A DNA stretch of 63,568 nucleotides, filler included, from Kipferlia bialata (Eukaryota), in NCBI GenBank assembly GCA_003568945.1. It is 4 parts of 4 records of this genome, joined end to end, with 100 filler letters (N's around TTAATTAATTAA, not from the genome) between each part and the next. Parts side by side here need not be neighbours in the genome. Positions count along the whole stretch, not along the records: positions 1 to 24,399 come from BDIP01000229.1; 3 more parts are not named here. One strand, given 5' to 3'. The position numbers and the translations under genes are program-made. The notes under the pieces are model-generated. The model had not been told where the DNA came from. It worked only from the letters and a program-made list of their open reading frames with translations, and did not search any database. Below are positions 1 to 13,332 of this stretch, in pieces (position 1 is the first letter of the stretch; each line of letters opens with the position of its first letter).

Positions 1-102
1 TTATTTGTTTTATTTTTGTCCCCCCCCCCCCCCCCCCCCCCCCATCAGTTACTAGCTAATCCTGTTAACATATATATATGTGCTCTCATACACTCACCTT
101 AG

Positions 103-3100
103 TTACTAGCTGTCACCTCTGGCAAGGGTGGTGTGGGCAAGAGTGTCGTCACATCCAACCTAGCCATGGCCCTGGACAAGCTGGGGCAGCACGTAGGTAT
201 ACATATATATATATATATATTGTATGTATGGAGTATATGTATATAGATCTACATAGAGAGAGACATCCAACCTGGCCATGGCCCTGGATAAGCTGGGACA
301 CGTGGGTCCATGTGAGTATATGTACACATTAGTACATGATGTATGTATACATGACACTGCATAGCGCATTCCATTGATCCCCAGGCATTCTGGATGCAGA
401 TATCTCCTGCCCCTCCCAGCATGTCCTGATAATACATATATACTATTCTGCAGTATATATTCTGCAGTATATAACACATTGGTCTTGATTGATTCTCCGA
501 TTGATTCTCCGATTGATTTTCAGGCATTCTGGATGCTGATATCTCCTGCCCCTCCCAGCATGTCCTGATAATACATGAATAATGTATAAGTATATTATAC
601 TCAATAGATAGTATAGATCACTGATTGATTCTCCCATTGACCTCTAGGCATTCTGGACGCTGATATCTCCTGCCCCTCCCAGCATGTCCTGATAACACAT
701 ATTATATATACATAGTATAGTATATTCAATATATAGTATATATCACTGATTGATTCTCCGATTGATTTCCAGGTATTCTGGACGCTGATATCTCCTGCCC
801 CTCCCAGCATGTCCTGCTGCCACCTGCCAGGCCACCCTACTTCGACCCATCCATAGACAAGTAAGTATAGTGTAGTATATATATATGTGTGTGGGTGTGT
901 ATAATAACTATAAACAAGTACGTGACACTTGTACACACATGTATGTATATATATAGTTACTATTGTTGTACATAGGTACATGTTCTTCCACCTGCCAGAC
1001 CCCCATACTTCGACCCATCCATAGACAAGTATGTATACTTGACAGATATTTTCAATGGATATTATCATTCATGGAACCTTACACCAGGTACATCCCCCCC
1101 ATGGTCGGTGGCATCCTACTTCTCTCTCTCTCACACTCACTGCATATGTGTAAGACTATATATACATATATATACCCTTACACCAGNNNNNNNNNNNNNN
1201 NNNNNNNNNNNNNTATATACATATATATACCCTTACACCAGGTACATCCCACCCATGGTCGGTGGCATTGGAGACGAGAAGGGACCAATCAAGTGAGTGT
1301 AGAGTAATGCATTTATGGATAGATAGATAGATAACATAGAGTAAGGGCCAATCAAGTGAGTGCATGTAATATGCCGCAGGGTTGATCCCATGTCGACCAG
1401 TTTGTTCTCTCGTGCTTTGTATGCTATCGTGTCTCACCCTCAGGCTGGCCAGTATTGGAACACTCTGCCCACATGACCAGTTCATTGCATTCAGGTGCTG
1501 ACATGCATATATTATATATAATCCATATATACATTGTATAGATACCTATATGTATATATACCTATATGGCCAGTTCATTGCCTTCAGGTACACATAGATG
1601 GACTCCATCAGCATTCAGGTATGGGTGTTATGTTGATAGCCTATATTGTGTGTGTAAGTTGTAGCAATATATATTACCTTTCCCTATTTCATATGACTAA
1701 TACCAAGGTATTACTTGTTCATAATTATATATGAGAATACCTCTATGTATACGTGTATGTATATGACCAATACCCAGGGGCCCTCTGCTGGACAAGGCTG
1801 TCAAGGAGCTGATGAATGACTGTGAGTGGGGTGACACAGACATAGTCCTAGTCGACACTCCCCCAGGGTAAGAACTAATACTCCAATGTAGAGAGAGACA
1901 GAAATATACATATGTATATATATATATATGTATGAGCTGTGTAAAGAGTCTATATATGCCTACATATGTAGTGACTGTGAGTGGGGTGACACAGACATAG
2001 TACTCGTGGACATTCCCCCAGGGTTCGTGTAAGTGTATATTCAGTGTTATCAGTATATGTATACTATCTATATATACATGACATAGACACATCTGCATAT
2101 ACATACCTAGTATTCCATATATGTAAGCGTCGTCTATACTTGTCTCAGCACCTACGATGTGACAGTGTAATCCGATATAGGCATTGTGTACAATATATGA
2201 GAGACACATATAATGTGTACATGTATACTGATTCCAGCACCCACGATGTGCACACGTCTCAATATATACACAGTGTAGAAATACTTTGTGACTATGTTCT
2301 ATACAATAGTTCATATAAGAATTGACATGTATAGACTGATACCAGCACCCACGATGTGCACATGTCCCTGGCAGAGCTTGGCCTCACAGCTGCTGTGGGT
2401 ATGTACATGTATACATATTACGCCTACCTATGCTATGCACATATACTCAAAGACTCATATTGATGATTTCTAATGATGGTAACCACCCCCGAGTCTGAGG
2501 TTGTCAATGCAGTGTTAACAACTATATACTAGTTCAATAGTATATGTATATAGTAATTATTAATATACACATAGAAGTACACAGCTAACCACCAGCCATC
2601 ACCACCGAGTCTGAGGTTGTCAATGCAGCTGCACTGAGGGGTATCAAGTTCCTGAACAATGAGGTATGCATATAGATATAGATATGCATGTATGTATATA
2701 TATATAGAGAGAGCAAGAGAGAGATAAGAGAGGGGGGGAGATGTAGCTGCACTCAAGGGTATAGTTCCTGAACAACGATGTCAGGATATCTCGTAGTATT
2801 ACCCTGTAGTATTACCTTTTGCATAGATTTAGGGTGTGAACAGCGCGATATTTGTGTTGATGCACTTCTTACCCATTCTTGCGAGGTGTGTTACTCGTAT
2901 AGTACTCCATACCTAACCCTCAGGAGATCCCCATGGTTGGTGTCAATCTATATATAGTATATTATGTATAGAATATATGTATAGAATATATGTATAGAAT
3001 ATATGTATATAGTGTATAGGCAATTATTCCTAATTCCTAATAATTCCTAATAATACCTAATAATACCTAATAATTGAGTCTAAGTCTCAGGAGATCCCCA

Positions 3101-3978
3101 TGATTGGTGTCATTGAGAACTTCGCCAAGGAGGGGAGGAAGCCAGGTATATACATCCTTCTACAAATAAATATTTCCATTGGATCTTGGATACATATGAT
3201 GATTCATAATTGGTGTGTTTCGAATATTATGTCCATCAGTATCTATTTGACCTCTAGAGCGAGTCAACTCATACTAATATGAACTCAATGTACATACAAC
3301 CTACCTAACCTCTCTAGAGCTTGTCAACATGCTGTGTGACGAGGTTGATGCAGATCTACTAGGATCCATCCCACGCAGTGACGACGTCGAGATGGTACGA
3401 ATATATATGATATGTGTGATATATGTGTATGACATGTACTTTACATATCATTATCCGTCCCACGCAGTGACGACGTCGAGATGGTATGTTGGAAGTACAA
3501 AGCATTATTGCACTTTAGAGTACAGTCACATCTAACCTTTCAGGGCTCTGAGACAGGTGAGCCCCTTGTGGCCCTGGACGACAAGAACCCAATCAGGTAT
3601 ATATGTATCAATATCAATATATATATATATACTAGTATATGTATATATATATTTATGATATGTATCTGTATGATATTCCCCTTGTGGCCCTGGACGACAA
3701 GAACCCAATCAGGTACATTTGTATCAATATATATATATATATACTAGTATATGTATATATATATTCATGGGTATATGTATCTATATGATATTCCCCTTGT
3801 GGCCCTGGACGACAAGAACCCAATCAGGTATGTATCAATATATATATACTTATGTACACATATATTCATTTACATATATATGTATACATTATTATGTGTA
3901 TTAGTTTTCTGACTCCCCAGTGCCACCTTCCTGGACATTGGCAGGCAGATCCTGGATAGGTTGGACCTGCTGCAGTAG
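103..3978 (+). CDS. Mrp/NBP35-family P-loop ATPase (Fe-S scaffold family), multi-exon, 5' end missing
   Basis: Spliced translation gives LLAVTSGKGGVGKS (deviant Walker A), GILDADISCPS, FRGPLLDKAVKELMNDCEWGDTDIVLVDTPPG, IGVIENF, LLGSIP and FLDIGRQILDRLDLLQ; stop TAG at 3976-3978. GT-AG introns. Confidence 0.9.
1187..1213. other. Scaffold gap (N run) inside an intron
   Basis: 27 N, flanked on both sides by the same tatacatatatatacccttacaccag sequence. Confidence 0.95.
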
Positions 3979-4179
3979 AAGATTGCAATAGATGCAATAT
4001 ATATACACATTATAAGTATATGCAGTAGAAGCAGCGTATGCAATATGACTAGTCTATTCTATTGTCATTGAGATTCAATAGAGATGATCGTTGATCCTTG
4101 GCCATAGACCTCTAGCGGGATATGCGTGTTGAGTTGGTTGACATACAGCATTGCCTGGTGCTGCTGAGTGTCTAATAGA

Positions 4180-4242
4180 CTATTAGACACTGTCTATTAG
4201 ACACTGTCTATTAGACGTTGTCTATTAGACACTGTCTATTAG
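4180..4242. repeat. 14-bp tandem repeat (CTATTAGACACTGT), about 4.5 copies, with internal palindrome AGACA-C-TGTCT
   Basis: Read directly; one copy has the variant GACGTTGTC. Confidence 0.85.
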
Positions 4243-5053
4243 CTCTCATAGGTGAATCAAGTGGACACACGAAAAGATACCTTCAGTTTACTGTTTGACC
4301 CTTGCTTGATGATACGATATTGCCGAGGGTATCTTTCGAGGAGGAACCTGCGAAGTGCTATTGCACGTCGATACTTACAGTCTGTCTTCACCTGTCGCAT
4401 CGTGGACGGTGTCCACTGGACACGTTTAAGTGAGAGACATAGTCTGAGGGTGCCTCACTCCCCATGCCGTCACTGTTCTGCAGCATATGCCGAGATGGTG
4501 AGTCAAGATACAACAGAGAGAGTGCGAGGGGGGGACGAATGGGTCTACAGTGTCCATAGCAAATGTGGTGTGCCCTGTACTTAGTAGAGCTTAGCAGACT
4601 AGTATATTCTACTAGTATATACTAGTAGTATAACTTGTAGTATTAGTATCTCACACAGCTGAGTCCTCTCTGCCCTTCCTACTCACTCCCTGTGGCCATC
4701 CATTCCACACAGAGTGTCTTGAGCAGTGGCTGTCCACACTGGTTAGTGGTGATGTATGATACTGCAGCCGTATCACATTTAACCAGTTAGTGTCGACTTT
4801 CTAGACACTGTCTAGTATACACTTACAACTGTATATAGTGTATACTCTACATCTATTTGAAATACGTAAAACCAGTGTAAATTACACGTGTCCGAGAGTC
4901 TCAAGTCAATCTACAGTATGCTACTCTGACCCAGATACCTGACTACTACCGCCTTCAGAGTCGCTGCCCAGTGTGTCAGCGACCCGTCAACATTGAAGAG
5001 TGTACTCGTGTCTTTCCTGTGGTACGATACGATACGATACGATACGATACGAT

Positions 5054-6055
5054 ATGATTCCCAATATCGTCACTATTAGGCAACATGTGCCGCCTGCTAC
5101 ACACTCGCTTGTGTGTACTAATCCTCAGGAAGAGCCTCCAGACATTACACAAGACGACCGGGGTGAGGGAAGGCACAGAAGGACAGGCCGAGTGATACGT
5201 AGTCACAGAAGAAGGAGAGGCAGACGGGGGGAGAGAGAGAGAGGCGGACATGGAGAGAGAGAGATGGAGAGAGAGGGCCAAGGTCCTTCGGAGGCTGAAA
5301 TGGAGGAATCACCTACAAGACGGAGAGGCAGACAAGGAGAAAGAGAGGGGAGTGGGGACTCAACCACTTCCATTCGTTCCTTTCTCCGTACCTTCTTCAA
5401 TGAATACTTCACTGGTGGTTCAGACTTTGATCTCATCCTGCATGGGATTGCGGCTGTCTACTGTATGTACTACACTGATGAGCCCTACCACACCTGGATG
5501 GTCCTCAGATCCATCATTCTTCACAGGAATGCACACAGTTATGTGTTAGCCGATATGGTACGGTTCCTTATCGTGGAGTTTACAGGCAGAGACCTCCGTG
5601 TGGGTACACTAGCGAGTCTCCGACAGGATATGTTTGAGGTGATTGAGTGTGAGGATCTCAACAACTATGGAGACACAACCATGTTCATTAGGGCCCTTGA
5701 CGAATCGGAGAGAGAGAGTAGAGGAACCAGAGCGGAGCCTCCAACCGAGAGTATCATAGTGAGACAGACAGTGACAGAGAGAGAGAGAGAAGTAGAGAGA
5801 TGGGGACACACTGGGGAAGGGAGGAGCGTGTGGGAAACAGGAGAGAGTGTACGCTATTACAATCCACCTAGACAGTCTGTTACCATGTCAGTTACTACCG
5901 GTACTACGGTTAGAGCACCCATGTCGGTATCAGTGTCAGTGTCAGTATGTCACACTTATCCTGAGAGGCCGGATACTGCATATATCAGGACATATGGACA
6001 CACACAATCACCCCAAGATGAAGAAAATATGGGCTCTCCAGGAGAGTCTCCTTAG
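5054..6055 (+). CDS. Hypothetical intronless protein (~333 aa): R/G/E-rich disordered arms around a globular-looking core
   Basis: Long open frame (ORF track 5000..6055; first ATG at 5054, just after a (GATAC)n tract). The core FLRTFFNEYF...MFIRALDE has ordinary helical composition. No family recognised. Confidence 0.45.
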   Translation: MIPNIVTIRQHVPPATHSLVCTNPQEEPPDITQDDRGEGRHRRTGRVIRSHRRRRGRRGERERGGHGEREMEREGQGPSEAEMEESPTRRRGRQGEREGSGDSTTSIRSFLRTFFNEYFTGGSDFDLILHGIAAVYCMYYTDEPYHTWMVLRSIILHRNAHSYVLADMVRFLIVEFTGRDLRVGTLASLRQDMFEVIECEDLNNYGDTTMFIRALDESERESRGTRAEPPTESIIVRQTVTEREREVERWGHTGEGRSVWETGESVRYYNPPRQSVTMSVTTGTTVRAPMSVSVSVSVCHTYPERPDTAYIRTYGHTQSPQDEENMGSPGESP

Positions 6056-6304
6056 AGAATATGATCGGCATGATCGATCAGGACCCAGTCGCCTAGTCGA
6101 AGAAGTGAAGGCTTGATGGTAAAGAAGAGATTAACAAGAGACAGGCTCTCTATGACTTTTAAGTTAGGACAGTTACAATACTACTTTCGATATGAGAGTG
6201 TCATAGCTCTTCTTCAGGGCGGGAATCCAGTATCATTTAACAATGGACAGCAAAAGTTGTGTCGTAGTTGGGAGGGGTACCTGGATATAAATATTCCCCC
6301 CATA

Positions 6305-6606
6305 GTCGCACGTATGCACTCGTATGGGGCCTGGAGCATCCTTATGTGCTGCTGTGAGACGTTGGTCATGGGGGAAAGTACATACACAATGGACCCTGGG
6401 AGATTACCATCTGGAAGTGGACATTTGGCCATCTGCCTTTCCCCACTAACTTGCGACTCCAGATACCAAAGTACCCACCACACTCGCACCTATACACTCT
6501 TATGGGGCCTGTAGCACCCATATGCGCTGCTGGTAGGCGTTGGTCGTGGGGAGAGTACACACATGAATCATGTGACATGATAGACACTGGGAGATGGCCA
6601 TCAGGA
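6305..6606. repeat. Diverged ~110-120 bp direct repeat, two copies (~6307-6415 and ~6485-6606)
   Basis: cgcacgtatgcactcgtatggggcctggagcatcc... versus cgcacctatacactcttatggggcctgtagcaccc... Confidence 0.75.
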
Positions 6607-6933
6607 TAGCTCTTCTAGGGTACGAAGCAAAAATAATCATTGTTTGTGGGTTGCAAATTGTAACATACTGACTCAATACTAGGCCTTTTGAGGCCGTGCA
6701 GAGTAAAGTAAATAATGATTCCTAAGTAATCTGAAACTGGGACTGAATCTTTGACAGAGATCCAACCGAAATCGTTGCAAGACTAATCTTAGTCTATTAG
6801 TCATTGGTTACTGCGCAACTTGCACAACAGACAGGTTTGTAAACACACAATCAACCATTCCCTCTAACTTTGCAAGGGCATTAGCGCAAACAGGTGAAAA
6901 GTTCTCTCTGTCTCTCTCTCTCTCTCTCTCTGA

Positions 6934-9900
6934 ATATCTACACCCATGCTGACCATCCGACCCACGCCTGGCAGAGGTTCTCAATGGAAGTAGCAGACCT
7001 GAGGATAAGAGATGAAAGAGGGAGAGAAGAAGAGAGAGAGAGAGAGATGATCTCAATGGAAGTAGCAGACCTGGGAGTGAGGATATACAGGGAGAGAGAG
7101 GGGGATGGAGAGAGAGAGAGAGAGGACGGGGAGTTAGAGTTTGTGGAAATGGGAGACATAAGGGAAGAAGAGAGAGAGAGAGAGAGATGTTCTCAATGAG
7201 GTAGGATTACTATGAGTGAGAGAAATAGAGACAGTACCTGATCAGCCTCTGCAACTGCTTGGACACAGATAGACACTCCAATCTACACAACTCACACATG
7301 CATATAGTATACCTGTCACTATTCAAATATATATATACATTGGATATACCTGATCAGCCTCTGCAACTGCTTGGACACAGACAGACCGGTCCCAAGGCGG
7401 GGGAAGTCATCACCTGGGGTAAGACATGAATGTATACTTATAGATAGAGAGAGAGAGAGAGAGAACGAGAGAGACAAGCACTAAGGTGGGTGAAGTCATC
7501 ACCTGTGGTAAGATACTTAGATATAGTATATAAACAGTAGTTGTAATAATATCCAGACTGGTAAGATATTAACATAACAAATGCTCCTGCGTATAGACAC
7601 ACATATATGCATATATGTATGGATTCAATGGAGAATGTGAACATATATGCTCACCTGTCAACTTGCACCTCACTCTTCCCATAGATACATACTGTAAGTA
7701 CCTTGTACTCATTGATATATGTATACATATGAGCATCTCAGTGTGGTATAGTAATACCTGTCAGCTTTGCCCTCACTCTGTCCAGCAAATTCACACCAAT
7801 ACTACAATATATGTACCTTGATAAATGTATATATTTGTATACTTGTTAGTATGGTAATCTATACCTGTCAGCTTTGCCCTGACTCTGTCCAGCACAGCAG
7901 ACACATAATGTGATGTCACTAATACTCATATGTATACATAGTATTGTATATATCCATGTACACACACACACACATATATATATATACCTGTCAGCTTTGC
8001 CCTGACCCTGTCCAGCACAGCAGACACACGCATCATCTGAAGGTCAGGGAGGGAAATCAGAGAGCATTCACCATGTGAAAAGAATTCAACAATTATTGTT
8101 CGGAATATCAAACTACGTGGACAACAGAGTCCAACTAAAGTTATGCTGGTATGGATACTGATACTAACACTAACAGCGGAAAAGGAAATCAATTCTGGGG
8201 AATCAACGTTATGGGAAGAAGCAACAGCACTGCAAATATACCTGTAGTTGTGCAGGAGTGAGTAACTCCACATTGACGTGTTTGGGCACAATGTTGATGT
8301 TCCACTCTGTCAGGGGGTCATGGAGGAAGGCCTCAAGGACAACAGTCAGACTGTCCCTATTCTAATGATTAGTCATTGGATTAAGGAATTAGGGCATATA
8401 TACAATTAATTGAATAAGAGGTCTTAAGGGCAGTGAAACTATCCCTACTCTAATGGATAGTGATTGGATTATGAGAAGAAAGGTCCACATCTATGTATGG
8501 GTTCAAATATGTATATCCACTAACACTCTCACCACTCTAAGTGCGGCAGCCCTCTCTCTCTATGTATATGTGTATGTGTATATGCGTGTGTTAATAAAAA
8601 CGCATACCTTCCTCATCACTCTGAGGGCGCTCTCTCTCCTCTATATATATGTATATGTATATGCGTGATCATGTGTTATCGTTACCATACCTTCCTCATC
8701 ACCCTGAGGGTGGCCTCGCCAGCCAGTCTAAAGGTGCCCCAGGTGCCACCTAGAAGTCAAGAGAAGTCAAGATACGTCAGTAAGAGTCAAAAGAAGTCAA
8801 TTGACATTTGCATACCTGGCTCCAGGGCGTCTGTTATGATGCGTGTCATTCTGAATGGAACACGCTCAGGGTGCACAGACCTGGAGTAAGTGTAAAGATA
8901 CATATATATGTACTCTTACACTCTTCATGCATTTACCTATGCATAGTTCTCTCGAATGAGTCTCCATAGTCGATGTGCACTATGTTGCCACTCCGCCTCT
9001 GCAGCATGATGTTGCGGGGGTGCCTATCGCCAAGGCCTCATGATTAGAGACACACATTAATATGTGTATGTATATATGTATCAGTATAACAATTAGATGG
9101 AAATGAAAAATATCATATACTTGAAGATAAGACCACTTCATAAGACATATATATGATCACACATAATACGAGGCGTTTCTCAGAGTCAAACTCGGTATGC
9201 AACACTATGTATATATACTCCTATACCTAGGATGTATCCCACACATGACATTACAGCCACAGAGTGGGAGGAAGCAAACACTCAACAAACTATACACATG
9301 TATATCGAGAAGTGTACATTTTAGTGAGGGTATATACAATATATCACACCTAGGATGTATCCCACACATGACATGACAGCCACAGAGTGCGAGAAGGCAA
9401 CACGGTGCTTGAGCCAGGCCTCAGAGGAGTGGGACCTGGGTTAAGGGTGTAAGGAGAGAGAGAGACCTCAGAGGAGTGGTACACTAAGGGTGTAGGGTAG
9501 TAAGAGAGATGATCTGAAGTACATGGTGAGTGGAAGTACACAAAGGTGATGGGGGAGTAGATGGAAGGACACAGAACAATACTAGAGTATACCTCAGCCA
9601 CAGGACAATTGCCAGTTCACTGGAGAACTTCTTCTGCTGGACCTGATCATTAGATTTAAAGATAGAGTCATGCGAATATGATATATAGTCATCAGATTAG
9701 GAGCAACTCAGAGTCAAGGGTACCGAATACAATTATTCACCTACATCTGCTGGAATGCCTCCATTCTGAAGTATACTCAAAGATAAACCACTTAACCATA
9801 TATATACAACCACTATTTAGAATAATACTCTCACTCATATACGAGTGAGAAAGCGCATCAATGACAGAGTATATTTACATTCAAACCTGCATCTGTTGGA

Positions 9901-10484
9901 ATGCCTCCATTCTGAACGGAAGAGGCCACTGGTCATACCTGGAGGTGAGGAGAGAGAGAGGGAGAAAGAGAGAGAGAGAGAGAGAGAGTAGAAGTATTAA
10001 TTCTCAAAAGAATTAATATTATAGAATACTGCGTTCCCCAATGGAGCCGTCCCCCCTCTGGACACAGGTCCCATGTAGGCGTATATGTATGTATACACTA
10101 CACTGAAGTATATATAGCATATACAGTAGTTAGTCTGCACACACTCACCCGAGTGGCGCTGTCCCCCCTCTGGACACAGGTCCCATACATAAATACACAT
10201 AGACTGAAGTATATACTAAAAACTGAAGTCTATATTATATACCGTAGTATATTCATACCCTAAGGGTGCCGTCCCCCCTCTGGACACAGGTCCCATGTAG
10301 GCATTGAGGATGGCAGGGTCATAGAACTCTCCTAAGGATTAGGGGTGTAGAGGGAGAGAGAGAGAGAGAGACGTACCGTTAGAGAGTCTGTGAGGCTGGA
10401 ACTTGGTCCTGATATCTGATATGATGTCGGATATGGTGTCACTGTCAGGCACCCAGTGAAGGAGACCTATTGTAAGGGTGTATA

Positions 10485-10534
<50 letters not shown>

Positions 10535-10662
10535 GTCACTGTCAGGCACCCAGTGAAGCAGTCCTATAATAAGGGTGAAGATATATATATATAGATATAT
10601 ATAGATTTATGTATATATATGGTGTCAGTGTCAGGCACCCAGTAGGCACATAATGAGGATGT

Positions 10663-10693
<31 letters not shown>

Positions 10694-11001
10694 TTGGAAA
10701 GAGCGACCGAGGAAGACAGAAGATCTCAGTGGAGAAGGCTCAGAGAATACAAATGAAATACCAATAGTCCACAACACTGTATACGTACCACATATAGGTG
10801 ATAGGGGTATGACTGGGTATGTCACAGCCATGAGTGACCTCCGCCTGGCAAAGTAGTCGGCAGACAAGGCACTATTCACCAGACCAAGGGCCTGAACTAT
10901 AAGAAGGAGAGAGAAAGAGAGAGAGAGATAGGGAGAGAGAGAGACTGGCAAAGTAGTCAGCAGAGAGGGCAGACTTGACAAGGCCCAGGGCCTAGAAGAC
11001 A

Positions 11002-11036
<35 letters not shown>

Positions 11037-12180
11037 TTCAGGAAATATGGCACTGTTACGCCACTATACCAGTTGTACTCTCTTGTCTAGTCTCTCTCTC
11101 TCTCACTCTCTCCCTATATATATATTCACATATATGTAGATATATATACATATATGTATATCCACACCTGCTGCACCCTCTCGTCCAGCCTGGTGTCCTC
11201 TCCCATCTTGAGACAGTACACATAGCGCATACCATCAGAACCAATGAGGGAGATCTGGGGGTTAGAACTGTATATGTATTGACACACACATAGAGAGAGA
11301 GAGAAGTACATTTAGGGCATCTAACAAGACAGACTGAAATTGAAAGTTCAGGGAGATTTGATACTTGAAAAAGAGAAGTAGCAGAATAGTACCTTTCTGG
11401 GCATGTGTAGAATATACATATTCTCTACACTGTAGAGTCTACAGTGTATTGCATCTATCTATATATCTATATATATGTATATATATCAATAGACCAGTAC
11501 CTTTCTGGGCCTGTGTATGCCGTGCATGACCTTGAGTGTGGCACTGAAGGCATAGACAGTCACGGGGTGGATGCCGGTGGAACCTATGATAAGGGTGTAG
11601 ATAGAGATACTTTTGAGTGGAGACCAGACGCTAAGAGAGTGAGGATATCCATACAGACAGAGAGATTCTAGGTACCTGGGTAGCGGTACGCACACTATTG
11701 TAGTATTAATGGTGTGGATATATACATTGAGATAGTGTGTGTGTGAGAGAGAGAGAGAAAGAGAGTCTGTGTACCTGGCAGTGGGGCGCACAGACCAACA
11801 GACTCTGCCAGCACAGGGGAGACGCGGCCTGAGGGTTTGGGAGGAGGGATTAAGGGTGTATACTGCGGACATCCCTCTATATATCTATGTATCTTATGGT
11901 ACTTAGGTGCATGGACACACTATACTAACATGACTAACTTCAGACTATATATCGCTTTGGAAAATATGTCACGAATACCGCAAAAAATATATAGTATATT
12001 ATCCCTGTACCTAGCTGCATTGTGCTGTTCTGGATACCGGACCGGTACTCCTGACAATAAGGGTGTAGAGGAAAGGAGAAATGGTGTATGGTGGAATTAG
12101 CTACCTTAATCTCTGGCTGTTCCAGATACAACAAGACTCTATACCCAAATGATTATATACAACGTCCTATGTATAAATTA

Positions 12181-12213
<33 letters not shown>

Positions 12214-13294
12214 CATTGTATACCTTCATCTCTGGCTGCAGTTCCAGATACAGTTGCATGGCGGCACTGGCATGGGTCCTGTCCTAGAGGTTAGAGTATA
12301 TATATAGATATAGATATAGATATATATATAGGGAGAGAGAGAGAGAGAGAGAGAGCAGCATGGCGGCACTGACATGAGGTTAGTATATATAGAGTATACA
12401 TATATACATATATATACTAACCTGTGTTCTCAGGTACTGCAGCAGCAGCTCCCTTGCATTGAGGAGTCTGGACCCAAACCTCTGGAAGAAGTGGACCTGG
12501 CAATAAGGGAATAGTAGGGGGAAGGCTATATAAATAGAGACAGATATGTGTATATATAGAGAGAGAAATTAGTAGTAAATATATATGTGTGTTGAGGCGT
12601 CTGGTATCAAACCTCTGGAAGAAGTGAACCTGGAAATAAGGGGGGTAGAGAGAGATACAACACGTCGTCCCTACCAAAAGGAAATACTATACTATACCTA
12701 TATACGCACTTATAATTACATGAATATACATACCTCATCCGGTGTCGATGCATTCTCAAGGTTCCCGTACAGATGGTCTAGGGAGCGCAGCCGCTCACTC
12801 TGAAGGTAAGGGGGGAGAGAGTAAGAATGGCGAGGGTACTGTTCGTCGAGACCGTGAGAGTATCTATGATACTGAAATACACTACAAAATGTACACTTAT
12901 ACACAACACTGAGGTTCTATGTCTGTACAGACGCACATTAACAGTCAACCACATCAAAATAGTAGTGTACAAACAACACACACACACACAGAGCGAGAGA
13001 GAGAGAGAGCGAACATACCTTGAGGTTCCATGTCTTGCAGTACAGATGCATATACAGAGACACACACTCACACATACACATATATATATATACATATATA
13101 TTTATTTGTATATATATTCTAAGACAACTAACCTTGAGGTTCCATGTCTTGCTGAACTGGTGCTGCAGCTGGTCAATCTCATCATGCCACAGCTCTGAAT
13201 GTAAGGAGGAAGAGAGAGAGAGAAAGAGAGGGAGTGAGAGACAGAGAGAGAGGTCAATCCCATCATGCCACAGCTCTGAGTATAAGGGTATAGA

Positions 13295-13332
<38 letters not shown>

